Assembly: GCA_002104905.1 (NCBI GenBank)
Contig: MCFE01000002.1
Span: 62,001-126,000, forward strand
Direction: 5' to 3'
Length of the DNA stretch: 64,000 bases
DNA from: Basidiobolus meristosporus CBS 931.73
Lineage: Eukaryota > Fungi > Basidiobolomycota
Part shown: piece by piece, positions 12,961 to 24,605 of the stretch
Position numbering within the stretch: position 1 is the first letter of the stretch
Layout of the letters: each line of letters starts with the position of its first letter
Notes under the pieces: model-generated
Seen by the model: the letters and a program-made list of their open reading frames with translations, nothing else
Told to the model about the DNA's origin: nothing
The model's database searches: none
Translations under genes and position numbers: made by a program

Positions 12961-13639
12961 ATCTGAATTAATAAGTAGTGAGGTTATAATAGACTATGAC
13001 TTATAGTTGAGGGAAATATATGCAACTCCCTGGAGCAAATAAAAAACCCCAAGCCAAGCAAATACCTTTCCAAAGTGTTATTTGCAAGTAACAGGTAAAT
13101 TGTTCCTTTACATAATAATGCATTACAACCTCAAAACTAAAATTCAATTTTTTTATCAGCTATGCTGAATTGTGAAAATACTAAACGATTCAGAGGCTAT
13201 AATTATTCCACACTCTTTCCACAACATATTTTCATAATCACCCCTATTTCAATATAATTATTTTTTCCAACGCACCGAGGTACTCTCCTCAGAACATGTT
13301 AAATCATTTGTATCTCTCACTTCTACTGACCTGAATCTATAGGTTATTTCCACTCGTAGCAGCCCAGCAATTAGAATTTCGTCATATCGTCTAGTTTATA
13401 GCTTGCTAGATTCGCAGTCCTTTATACCTGCGTCTGTAATAATATGGGTGTTGCCTTTACAACAATAGTGAATATGTATTGTTGCAAATGATGGTCAAAG
13501 CTGTGTGCAATGTTACTTCACAACTATCCGAATCAAGGAAAAAATAACTATTCTATTTATAGTAAGTAAAATCTAGCGGATTATCTGTGCCAGCACGTAT
13601 TGAGTGTGCTCACACCGATTTTATAGGGATTCATCTATC

Positions 13640-14230
13640 AAGTTTAATAACCACCATACGAGAGTGTATTGGGTATGTTTGGCGAGTCAGGAAGGTCCCA
13701 AGTAGCACCAGTTGATTGGCTTATTAGAGACGATTGATAGATCAGTAAAATGCGGCTTTAAATGGGGCATCTGATGCATCAGTGTTTAGTTGGATAAAAG
13801 GTAATCATATATACAGAAATCAACCGGGGCCAACAGTAGTTAGATTCATGTGGGATGCTCAGACTATGATTTGTGATACTTATAAACCAGTAACTGACCC
13901 AAATGACATGGGTTTCGCTGATCCAGAACCACTGGTTTTTATCAGCGAGCACAAAGCCACCGGTTTTGCAGATTACCGAATTGTGGTTGGTACCCCCACA
14001 CGCTATGAAATCATTGGACTGGGATACATCGATAGCCAATACTCACAGGAGGAAAGTTACTTTGGGGATCGTCGCCTGATTTATGGGTGGGAATGATCTG
14101 GGTGGCTAAATAAATCCAAGATTTTCAGGAGCTGCATGATAAAAAATCTTCTTTAGGAAATTAAGCATCTTTGACTGGGGTTTTCCCTCTTTTTCCTGAG
14201 TTCTCGGATTCCAATGCAATTTGTTGAATC
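13640..14230 (+). pseudogene. Decayed coding relic, possibly a GH32 (beta-fructofuranosidase-like) fragment
   Basis: ORF 13782-14096 ends in SYFGDRRLIYGW (resembles GH32 DGRRILxGW). Downstream, DWGFPSFS*VL has a TGA where CGA would give a SxPRxL-like motif. There is no ATG start and no WMNDPN, RDP or EC motif was found. Confidence 0.25.
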
Positions 14231-14545
14231 AATACAATCGGTTTATTAAATAGTTAAACCTGAACTGTATCGCTCGATTCGAAAGGGTTTATGAACACAA
14301 TCAAATAGCTAAACAGAGTTTTATGAATCTGTCGAGTACTTGTGGCGAACTCGGAAATAGTATGTGCATTTAAAAGATATTTCCAATGGCTTTAGCAGCA
14401 GGGTATGTGCTGGCGAACATCTGTTAAACGTTGGAAGAGCAGAAGCATGAAAAATGAAGATTAGAGCGCGTTGGGCTGTGAAATTCAACCCTGGAAAAAA
14501 TTTGAAACGTGAAGGTATAAACAGTGGAATATACTAATAGGTATT

Positions 14546-16144
14546 TCATTGTCTGCTGGAATAGTGCTGATCAATGAATTGTGCCCATTCAGCATCCTCT
14601 TGCTCCTTGCTGACACTCTCGAACTTTACACCACTGTCACGCTTGACAATGCGCATAAGTTTACCGAATACCCGAATACGCAAGATTTGCCCAGGAACTG
14701 CTGGGTAAAGACGATCGCGAAGAGTAACACGAACAAAGCAGCACACTATAAGACCCACTACAACGAAAGCCAGAATCCAGTATACGTTGGTGGTGTATGG
14801 GATTGGGCTTTTTGGGCCGTAGGTATCTTTCAAAGATTGGTAGACTGCAGTGAAGATCAGACCACCTCCTACACCAGCAATAGACCAGGCAGTCAAGATG
14901 ATTCCGTGGCAAGCACCAATGTTGGTGGCGCCGAACATATCGGATAGGAAGGCTGGGATTACTCCGAAACCGCCACCATAGCATGCAGTTAGCACCCACA
15001 TGCACAACAAGAATGCCCAGTAGGTCTTGGTTGAGACAATGGAATCAAACGCAATCAAGATGACGGTTTGACAAGCCAACATGAATAGATAGCAGTTCTT
15101 TCGGCCTACGAAATCGGAGGTGGTAGAGAAGAAGATACGGCCAAACAAGTTGAACCCTCCGTTGATAGAAACAATGGTAGATGCCTCGTCGGATGATTTA
15201 TCAAACAGGTTAATCAGCATATCCTGCAATCTCGAGATAACTACCAGTCCAAAGAGAGCGTTTGCAAAGAAAGCAATATATAGCAGCCCATAATCGCGAG
15301 ACTTGATGGATTCGATCAAAGTAAGCTTGATGGTGGGTTGCTGTTGTAAGCTGATCTTGACACTGTCATTCTTTTCAGTCGGAGTTACTTCAGTTACTCT
15401 AGAGCTCTCAACAACATAATTTGGTGGTGGGATACGAATCACCATGGCTGCTAGGGTCATACAAACAAGGTATGATGATCCAAGGATGACGAAGGTCAAT
15501 GGAAGTCCAACAGCTTTGATAAGTGGTCCAGGAATTTTGGCAATGGCAATTGATCCAGCACCAAATCCACAAACTGCAAAGCCAGCAGCTAATCCACGAC
15601 GATCTGGAAACCATTTTTGTAACGCGGAAACTGGAGAAATGTAGCCAAGACCAAGACCAAAACCACCGATAATTCCGTAGCCAATGTACAGTAGCCACAT
15701 CTGCTTGAAATGAATTGCCAGGGCTGAGATCATGTTTCCTACGAAGAACAAGAAAGTGGAAAGAAGGGCGCCCTTTCTTGGCCCATTTCGTTCAAGCCAA
15801 GGGCCCATAGTAGCCGAAGATAAGCCGAATACACCTACAGCGATAGAGAATGTGATGGGCGCTAATCCTTTGTTTTCGTCATTATTGATCAGCTTGTCGA
15901 TGGGCTTGTTGAAGACACTCCAAGCATAAAGCGATCCACAGCAGAACTGCATTAGAACCGCAGCTGGCATAAGGAGCCAGCGATTGAAGGGAACATCACC
16001 ATAAAGATAGCGATCTTTGTCGATCTGAGCCTCACTTCTGTTGTTGGCGGTAGTAGAATAGTGCCAGTGAATGAAGGAGATTATACGATTTGATGAGGTT
16101 GCAGGATTGACGCTTTTTTCGTTCTCTACAATATTTTGGGCCAT
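14546..16144 (-). CDS. MFS transporter, oxalate:formate antiporter (OFA/YhjX-like) family, intronless
   Basis: 532-aa single ORF with RWLLMPAAVLMQFCCGSLYAWSVF, GLGLGYISPVSALQKWFPDRRGLAAGFAVCGFGAG, GRIFFSTTSDFVGRK and YGGGFGVIPAFLSDMFG; about 12 TM segments. Confidence 0.92.
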   Translation of the reverse strand: MAQNIVENEKSVNPATSSNRIISFIHWHYSTTANNRSEAQIDKDRYLYGDVPFNRWLLMPAAVLMQFCCGSLYAWSVFNKPIDKLINNDENKGLAPITFSIAVGVFGLSSATMGPWLERNGPRKGALLSTFLFFVGNMISALAIHFKQMWLLYIGYGIIGGFGLGLGYISPVSALQKWFPDRRGLAAGFAVCGFGAGSIAIAKIPGPLIKAVGLPLTFVILGSSYLVCMTLAAMVIRIPPPNYVVESSRVTEVTPTEKNDSVKISLQQQPTIKLTLIESIKSRDYGLLYIAFFANALFGLVVISRLQDMLINLFDKSSDEASTIVSINGGFNLFGRIFFSTTSDFVGRKNCYLFMLACQTVILIAFDSIVSTKTYWAFLLCMWVLTACYGGGFGVIPAFLSDMFGATNIGACHGIILTAWSIAGVGGGLIFTAVYQSLKDTYGPKSPIPYTTNVYWILAFVVVGLIVCCFVRVTLRDRLYPAVPGQILRIRVFGKLMRIVKRDSGVKFESVSKEQEDAEWAQFIDQHYSSRQ

Positions 16145-18649
16145 TGCTTTAATACTGAATTCAAACTTTGAAGAGGAAAACCAGAGTAAAGAAGAAATGC
16201 AGCTCTGATGATAACTGTGGAAACTCTCTGCCCTTTATACCATGTAAGAGCTGAGGCTTTTGACTTGCTCAATATAATACTTTATTACAATTGGACATAA
16301 ATCATGTAGTTGGACAATTCTCACCCGACCATGAGAAACATTCATTGGAACATATGCCTTGCACCACCTCATCAACCTCATTGATCTTGTTTTAGCTTCC
16401 TTTCTTAGGGCTTGATCTATAAATTTGAGTAACCATCACACAGTATCAAACTAAATTGTCATGATATCAAGTGGTGGTATCGCATCTATAGCTTAAGAAG
16501 GATGAGTCAGAGTCTGAATTTTAATTTATTCTAAAAGCAGAACCCAAGAAATTATAGGAATTTGTATATTGTATTGATCCCTCAGAAGCTTAGCGTCCAA
16601 ACCTTATTTTAAAGTTTAAGTTGAGCCTAAACTTTATGTACCATTAACTCTGTACCAAAGTATATCCTGAAGAAGCCACATCGACGTTCTTGGGAAGGTT
16701 CAAGCAGCACGAACACGAGGATTAGCAGCGAAGGCAGGCCTAGCATTAACCAATCTCTACTGCGCAGGTTGAAAGGCTGTCGCTTTCTCAAATAACTAAT
16801 CAGCAAATGAGCTCATTATTAGCATAAATAATAACCAGTAAGAATACGAATTGTATTGCAAATTATATTAAAGCAGCTGGGCACTCGTTCGATTTTCTAT
16901 GGCTGATATGTTTCACTCACGAACCACTCGTACAATCAACAATTTTAACAGATTCTCTTTGTGAAACATTGGGTTAGAATATGGGTTAAGCGCTTTTAGC
17001 ATTGTAGAAATGTTCAGGTTGGTTGCATGCTAGAGTTATGCTCTAAACGCAATAATACAGTAGTAGTATTCAATCACATCGATAAAAATGGACCTTTTAG
17101 AGAATACACAAACGTGAGTGCTTTATTGAGGGAATAGGAGTAAGCCACATTAAGGAGTCAACCATCGACATGTTTGACAGATATCTGCATACTTGTTTAT
17201 CACAGGCCCTTTGGTCATTATTCTACTGGCGAACAGGTTCCATATCTAACAGCAACCTACCCACCTGAATGTTTAAGTTACCGTAAAATTTACAGAATGA
17301 CAAATTAATTGCGGCACAGCAGTGGGTTCATGGAACGCATCCGATTGCTGCTGGCTTCTTGCACTTTCCGTTGATATTAATAATCGTATGAAATGAGTTG
17401 GTGAAATTAAAAGATGCAACACCTGGCATTAAAACGTCCCACTGCAAAGAATTTCGGAAATGGTTAATATAATCGTTTGTTCGACTGAAACCTTACTCCA
17501 CCTTTTCTTCAATGTGGCCTCGAGTTTAGGATCGCAACCGATTTAGCCTAAAGAGCAGAGCCCAAGGCTACTCGTGACCATCAAGCGGAAAACTAGTTGA
17601 TAATCACTTGTAATTCAGATTTGCCAACTGGTTTCTGAGGCATGAGAATTTCAGATCATGCCGATGTCTCGGAGACTTTATTTTCACACAGCCTTTATAA
17701 CTTCTTGGTGAGAAAATGACGATTGGAACGTTGAATGGAAATTTTTGATCTGGTTGAATCAGTTACTTATTTCCCCAGATATGAGCGGCCATATTTAGAT
17801 AGATTTATTTGAATGAGAATTGGATTCTTGCAAAAGAAACATCCACTCTGATATAGAAAATTAATCCCATTGAAGTCATACGGTGACTGTCAAAGATGAT
17901 AACTATGCATGAGAACATCACTCCACCTGACATCTATTTGGGCTCATTGCTAATATTGGAAACTCTTAACTTCATTCGTTCATATGAATTGAAAATTTGA
18001 AGCAGGGGATGCAGCATTAGATCTGTGAGAGGAGCGTTAAACGTATTTTACGTCTAATCGAGCCCTAAACATTCCATTTATCCCTCCATTCCAAAAGGTT
18101 ACCCCGATCAAAAACTTGCGGCTTAGTTTGTTGCCAAGGTCAACGCGCTGATTAGTGATGACTCTTGCTCGACTCCTGAGAAATATCTCGGCTAAATTCC
18201 GTGAACCACACTATCCCACTTGACCACCTTTTTCTATATTGGTAGAATGGCCTTTATTACGAGGCGGATGTTCATATCGTATTGCGTTTTTGTATGATTA
18301 GCGAGAATATTAGGTGTTAAGGCTCCGTTCGGACAACTGTAGGCTCCTCATGGGCTTCAACGTGGTAACATTAGGATGCTTGCTTCTGTCCACCAACAAG
18401 CTGCCTTAAGCCTTCAGAGCTATGCGGCATAGATTTGCTATGAAAACGCTGTATCTAGGGTGTTGGTTTTGGATTAGGAATGTAACCGGGCCCAACGTAA
18501 TCACGCGCCACCGTGTGGCATATTTTATATCAGCGATTCGATCTCAATTTCACTCAGTCATTGTTAATCTTGGCCTCTGCCCCTGAATAGTTTCAACCAC
18601 CGCCTCTAAACAATATGGAACGACTATTACAAATCAATTGAATCAAATG

Positions 18650-19260
18650 TTGTCTTATCGTGCATATAATCTCTGTCATACAAAACCATGTAGATAATAC
18701 CAGAGGTATGTTAGCGTTAGTAACACAGTAAGATAATGAGCATAAGTTACAGAAATCGACTGTGAAATAGAAGGCTCCCTCAAAATAGATTATCAAATAG
18801 CCAGGTCTGGACGTCCATTTCCAATTCAACTTCAATGGCTCTGATTCCCCGGGTATTAGAATCTGATTTAAGTCGTCAAATTTTGAATTCCTGAATACAG
18901 AGTCACATAACCCCACGATGCAAAAAAGCTGTTTGGGTGGCAACCAGTTCTCAACTTACAGATTGGATCCGGTTCAAAGAGTGTCAAAGCATGGTTTCTA
19001 ATCGAGTACATGACCAGGTTTCCACACTCTTAACCTCACTTGAAAGCATGAAATGAAATTGTCACCATCCTCCGATAATACTGGATATTCTTTTACCAAT
19101 ACAGAGCACATCTTGTTCTTCACCTCCAGATATTGCAGATTATCTTCTTGTGTTTGTATCTATCGGCAACATTATCCTACAATAGTATAATCAACGCACT
19201 TCGTATCACTATGTGTAAGCATGTATTATTACTTTCGAGGTCATCTCTTTGGCCGCATGC
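18650..19260 (-). mobile_element. Heavily decayed coding relic, possibly a non-LTR (LINE) reverse transcriptase
   Basis: One frame reads LNRIQSVS*ELVATQTAFLHRGVM*LCIQEF...ELEMDVQTWLFDNLF*GS, loosely resembling LINE RT (LAxRL..L..L...QxAF..GR...D..KAYD). It has many stops and no YADD motif. Confidence 0.2.
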
Positions 19261-20339
19261 TCATTTTCCATTCGGATGCTTGTTGTGCCTATGGGGTAAT
19301 TATTTTCGTAAAGGTGAATCGCTACTCAAAATACTATGGCATCAGGCTCCTTACTGATTCCTCATGGATCTCAAGTTGCACCATGAACCCATGTCTTCAG
19401 GTCCTTCGAATGTGCCTACCCTACAAATCTGTGCCTTGCTCGAATTGTACAAAATGCTTTGCGCTACTCTCTAGTGCATAATACATCATCTCATAGTGGC
19501 AACACCTCGAACATTTGGTTGTGATTGACTAGGGCAACATTACAGGTGGAGGCGCTAGTTAGGGGGCGTAAACTTACTGTTGTTTATTTCGGTTACATAG
19601 TTCAATACTGACAAAATTGCATAATTAGTTTCTAGCTCAGTGAAAAAAACCCGGTTTGACGCCAAGATATCGAGGTGTAGTCGATTTATATTTAGTGAAT
19701 TCAGAGGTCAATCACCTCTTTATATAATGTTGAACGCAGTGCCAAAAGGACATGACACTCAACGTACGCATGCAGAAGAAAGCTGAAGCTGATAACTTGG
19801 AGGTAACTTGTGTTATTTGAGGTATCAATTCATTGGCTACTTCATTTACCATGATTTCCGGTTCTTTGTATGATGCGAACATACGGTAAGGTTGTACTGT
19901 AGTAACAGGTGCTCCTGGATAATTTTATGCTAACTTCCATATCATCAGCATTGATCCTACTGCGATTCATTACATTATCCATAATCATAATCGGATTTCC
20001 GACCGATTGACTAGATGAGTCTGGCTACAAGTAACTATATGATATCATTCAAATCTTTTCTCTATTTCCAAAGGTACTCAAGTGGTAAACATACAAAATT
20101 TATACAAGGAGATCAAAATCTTGTAGCATCTCCACCTATTCATCAATCATATATACTGGTCATTGCATACTTCTATGTACTATAAATATTAGATGGTGAA
20201 AGGGGTGGATATCAGGCATGGTGAGCTATTTATCACTGATATCAATGCACCCCAAATTTACCAGCCATACTTTTTATAGGTAATTCAATACCCTATAAGT
20301 ACTTGGCAGAGGATAATTCATATATACACCTATCTGTTG

Positions 20340-22650
20340 TAATAATTTGTAATTCCACCTAAATATTCACCTTACTTAGTCATATAGATCATTACCTTCA
20401 AATCCTAGAGTATACTGACCAAATTCCTTGTTGGGGCTTACTTGGAATATTTTCACCAAAATATCAGATACTCAGAACATGAAAATTAGATAACTTGTCC
20501 AAACAGCCCCAAACTTTGCACACATGCTCTTGGGACCTTCCTAAGCATATTCTACGTGCTTTTCATGCTAAGACCATGTAAAAGTATAAATACTACTTTT
20601 ACATTCAATAAATCATTAAGTGAAAACCACATTATCTACTTGTTCTCCCAATCACTTCCAATATCTCCAAGACTCTTACAACGCTATCTACATTAGCTTG
20701 GCCACTCAGATCCTAGCATTTGTACTTTTTGTTCCATAGCCAAAATTGCTATTAAGATTTGCTGAGGAAATTACAAAGCTCAAAAGCAAGGATCTAAGGC
20801 ACTTGGCATTTTAGTCAACTCCCTGTTGGAACCTACCCAAAGACTTCAGATCTTGCATTTGTGCAATAGCGCCTTTCTAAGTACAGCTTATGTGTGTACT
20901 TACCATGACCTTAAGTAGGTATGCCAGTCACCAAACATTTGAAAAACCACTATGTGGCAGCTGTTGTAGATCTTTGTTGTAAGAGCTTTGAAGTTATTAG
21001 AAGTGATTGGGAAAACAAGTAGATCATGTGGTTTTTACTTAACAATTTATTCAGTGTAAAAGTATTGATATACTTCTTCATGATCTTCCAAAATCATGTA
21101 GAATATGCCTATAAAGGTCCTAAGAGCAGGTGTGCAGGGCTTGGGGCTTCTTGGTTAACTTTTAGAAATTTCATGGTCTGGGTACCTGACATTTTAGTGA
21201 AAATATTGTGAGTAAATCCCAACAATGAATTTGGTCAGAGTTCTCTAAGATTTGTAGGTAATGATCAAGTGACTAAGTTAGGTGACTATTCAGATGCAAT
21301 TACAAAATTTACAGCAGTTATTACACTTGAAGATTGTTTTCAAAGTTCTGGAGATGTTGGAAGAGATTCTCATTTAATTACATGGTGAATGAAAAGTGGT
21401 ATTAATCCTTATATGTGGTTTTAGCACACATGTTCTTGGGACTTTCTATTTGTTTTGCCAAGTTTGGGGACCTTTGGACAGCTTACTGAGCTTTCATGTC
21501 CTGGGTACCTGCTGCTCTGGTAAAATACTTGTAAATCCTAACAGAGCTTGGGCAAGATATTGTAAGATTTGTAGACTATGATATAAGTCACTAAATCAAT
21601 GGAATCTTTAGGTGTTATTACAGAGTTCACAACACTCTTGGTATTAGTCCATTAATGCTATACAAGGATGCTCTAGAAAAGTCTTTATCAGGTTACTAGC
21701 TATAAATGCTGTGAGAGTTTTAGAGATACCGGAAGTGATTGGGAGCACAAGCAGATTATGTGGTTTTCACTTAAGGACTTATTGAATGTAAAAGTGGTAT
21801 CTATACTTTTACATGGTCTTGGCAAAACAAATACCTGGAATATGCTTAGGAAGGTCTCAAAAATATGTATGCAAGGTTTGGGGCTGTTTGGACAACTTAT
21901 CAAAATCTCATGTTCTGGGTACCTGATATTTGGTGAAAATATTCCAAGTCTAAGTGACCAAGTCAGGTGAAAATTTAGGTGTAATTATGAATTTTTACAA
22001 CAATAAAGCTGATATAATTAGCAAGAATATCATACAATAACCTGGTTTGTAAGATATTATACAAGTGAAAGCCTGGAAATAGTCAGGGTTTTTAACTCGT
22101 CCAAATGCCCCCAAACCTTGCATACCACTTCTTAGGACCTTTTGTAAGGCATTGTAATCGTAAACTCTGCAAACTTTCCCTAAAAGAGAAAATACTTTAC
22201 TCCATCTTGATAAGGCAAGTGAAGATCATTGAATTTTTCTAGTTCTCCAAATCACTTGCAATTCTCTCTAGAATATTGCAACATAAATCCTCTATTGGGA
22301 TTATTTTCAACTTGGCACATATAGTTACAGGTGCTGCCTAAAAATACCCTATATGATTGTTTTCCCATGAACTTGTAGAATTGTAAATTGAATATACATA
22401 TTACTCTGACACTCGATAAATCTTCAAGTGGACCCAGTAGTCTACTGGCTCTTGCTATCACTTATAATTGTTGTAAATTTTGTATTTAGACCTAAATATT
22501 CTACTATTATTGAAACTAATTCTTTGGGATAGTGGGAATGCTGGATCTTCACTCAAACACATCCAAAAGGCCCCAAGCTTTGTGCATAGCTTCTTGGGAA
22601 CCTACCCAAATATAATGTATACTATCCCGTGGAATTTTACATATAAGCTC
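20340..22650. repeat. Cluster of about 6 diverged copies of the AT-rich ~350-400 bp repeat in mixed orientation
   Basis: Approximate copies: + 20340-20720, - 20960-21310, - 21330-21650, - 21690-22010 (internal deletion), + 22070-22330, + 22460-22650. A hand alignment of 180 nt of the 20490 copy against the 21900 copy gives 25 mismatches (about 86% identity). Confidence 0.88.
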
Positions 22651-22745
22651 ACAATTACGATTATGTACTGGTATCTAACAGAGTGCAATGATTTATTGCT
22701 ACCAAGTATTTAGTCTTGCAAAACTGTACAATTTTCCGTTTTACT

Positions 22746-24605
22746 CTAATGGCCTTTAATAAGGATGTAAGATTCCCTCGGTCTTACAGCCAATTTGATG
22801 CTTTGACGGTCTGTATCATACGCCGGAGGAAGTTTCTCAAGGCTATATTTCTGGAAGAACATACATAAGAAAATCTTGATCTCAAGTGTCGCCAACCTCT
22901 GACCAATGCACTGTCTATGACCTCCACCTAGATTGATGAATAAATGTTAAATCAAACCGTAGTACGCAAAACCAAAATCCTTACCAAAAGGCAAATAAGC
23001 CCCTTTTCTAAGAGCTTCACTTGCTTTGCTCTCACGAAAGCCCCCATCTTCGTCGATAGAGTCTAACCAGCGCTCTGGGATTATCTCGTTGGGGTTGTCC
23101 CAGAATTCTTCGTCGTAATGAAGAACCGAGGTCGGAACCATGACCGATGTCCCTTGGGGAATTCGCATTCCATTCAGAACGGTATCTTGCGTTACTGTCC
23201 TTCCAAATGCGTTGACAGTAAAAGTCATTCTCATGATTTCCTTAAACACACTGTCCAAGTATGGCATAGACCCTGGTTGGATATCATCATAAGATGGATT
23301 TCCGGTTTTTCCAACAACCTGGAAGATCTCTTCCTGCAATTTGGATTGAATTCGCTGATTGTGTGAGATGAACTTCATAGCCCACTAAATACAAGGCAAA
23401 TTTTCATTAACTAGACTGGTTTGTGGAGTATACTCTGAATTGTAGTCCTTACGGCTAGCGTTGCTGCAGTAGTGGCATATCCAAACAGTATACCGATCAT
23501 TTCGTCCCTCACTTCTTGTGAGGTCAGTTTTTCCCTCGAGTTGCTGATCAAGGCGACCACATTTTTCGAGGCAGCCAAAACTTCAGGGGAGTCTTCGTTC
23601 TCTTTTGACGAGGTTAAAGCAAAGTATTTCTTTTGCACATCCTCAATAAGTTCATCGATGAAATTTAGTGCCCAGTCGATTTGACCAGAACGGCCCACAA
23701 TTTTCTCTAGCAAATCGCCAGTAACCATTCGCTTCGTTATATCTTTAAAGAGGATGTGTATGGCGTTCATGAGGTCTTGCTCCTTAGAGCCCATCATTTC
23801 GTGGCCATTCACCAAGTTAAATTGATATCCAAACGCAAAATCGCCCAGGATCTCCAATGAGTATAGTTCGAAATCTCTTTGAACTTCGTATGGCGCTTTC
23901 GTGGCACATTGCTCCCATTTCGCAAGTAAGTGCTCTACTGTGGATGTTACTTTTGGTACGCACAATCTCATTCTCTGTGGTGACATCGTTGGGGATAAGA
24001 TACGATGATGCCTTTTCCACTGCTCCCCTAGATGAAGATATTCAGCGACCTGGATTTTGCGCAAGCACTCTGTCAACCACTTACCTTTGATAGCTACTAA
24101 TGTGTTTGGAACGATAGGCGCGAAGATCCTCCCAAAGAACTTATCATTGTCAAAAATCTCTGGCTATTCAGAGTCCCACATTAATACAGCTTTCTAGTCT
24201 GATCAAGTAGAGTGCTTACTTGTCGAAGGATCGTACGGATAGCCTCTATGTCTGTCACGAAAACTATATGGTTTGTTCCCAGAAATAGTTGGAACACTCC
24301 ACCATATTCCTTTTTCATGGCGCACCACGCTTTGTGCATCGTTCCATGTCTGAGCATTGTTTGCCGAAGATTACCAAAGAGGAAATCTGGAGCAGGGCCT
24401 GGGATTCCTGGTAGATAATGGGATCAGTGCCACTTCAAAGATATGAATCGATGAATGTGAATGTACCGGATAAAGGTGTAAAATATTTCTTTTTGGTAGA
24501 AAAATAAACAGGGAGGAAAATCGTTAGGATGCATAGTAGGGCTAGAGTGGTGAATTTCAGCGGATCGAGCCAAAGGTAAGAAAATAACGATCTTAGTGCT
24601 GACAT
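22746..24605 (-). CDS. Cytochrome P450, multi-exon
   Basis: N-terminal TM anchor followed by spliced LS|GIPGPAPDFLFGNL; I-helix ILFGYATTA; ExxR (KEIMR); PERW; and the heme motif PF|GGGHRQCIG across the last intron. The stop TAG is at 22746. Confidence 0.92.

Noticed and set aside
16680-17290. GC-richer patches with splice-like signals (GPFREYT; RKRQPFNLRSRDWLMLG)
   Set aside because: They could not be assembled into a consistent reading frame or family.
17300-18940. NRPS condensation or PKS acyltransferase-like phrases in minus-strand frames
   Set aside because: Only vague resemblance, with no HHxxxDG, GHSxG or adenylation core motifs, and frequent stops.
20490-21903. Repeat copies keep the same ~65-codon frame open (RPCKSINTTFTFNK-like peptide; also ORFs 12390-12683 and 12760-12966), suggesting a microprotein family
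   Set aside because: A hand count over 60 codons between the 20490 and 21900 copies gave about 18 nonsynonymous and 7 synonymous differences, close to neutral expectation. The 63.5 kb copy is frameshifted and there is no shared start codon.
762-24605. BVMO, SCCPDH, P450 and two transporters as a secondary-metabolite cluster
   Set aside because: There is no backbone enzyme (NRPS, PKS or terpene synthase), and the genes are interspersed with housekeeping genes and repeats over 24 kb.
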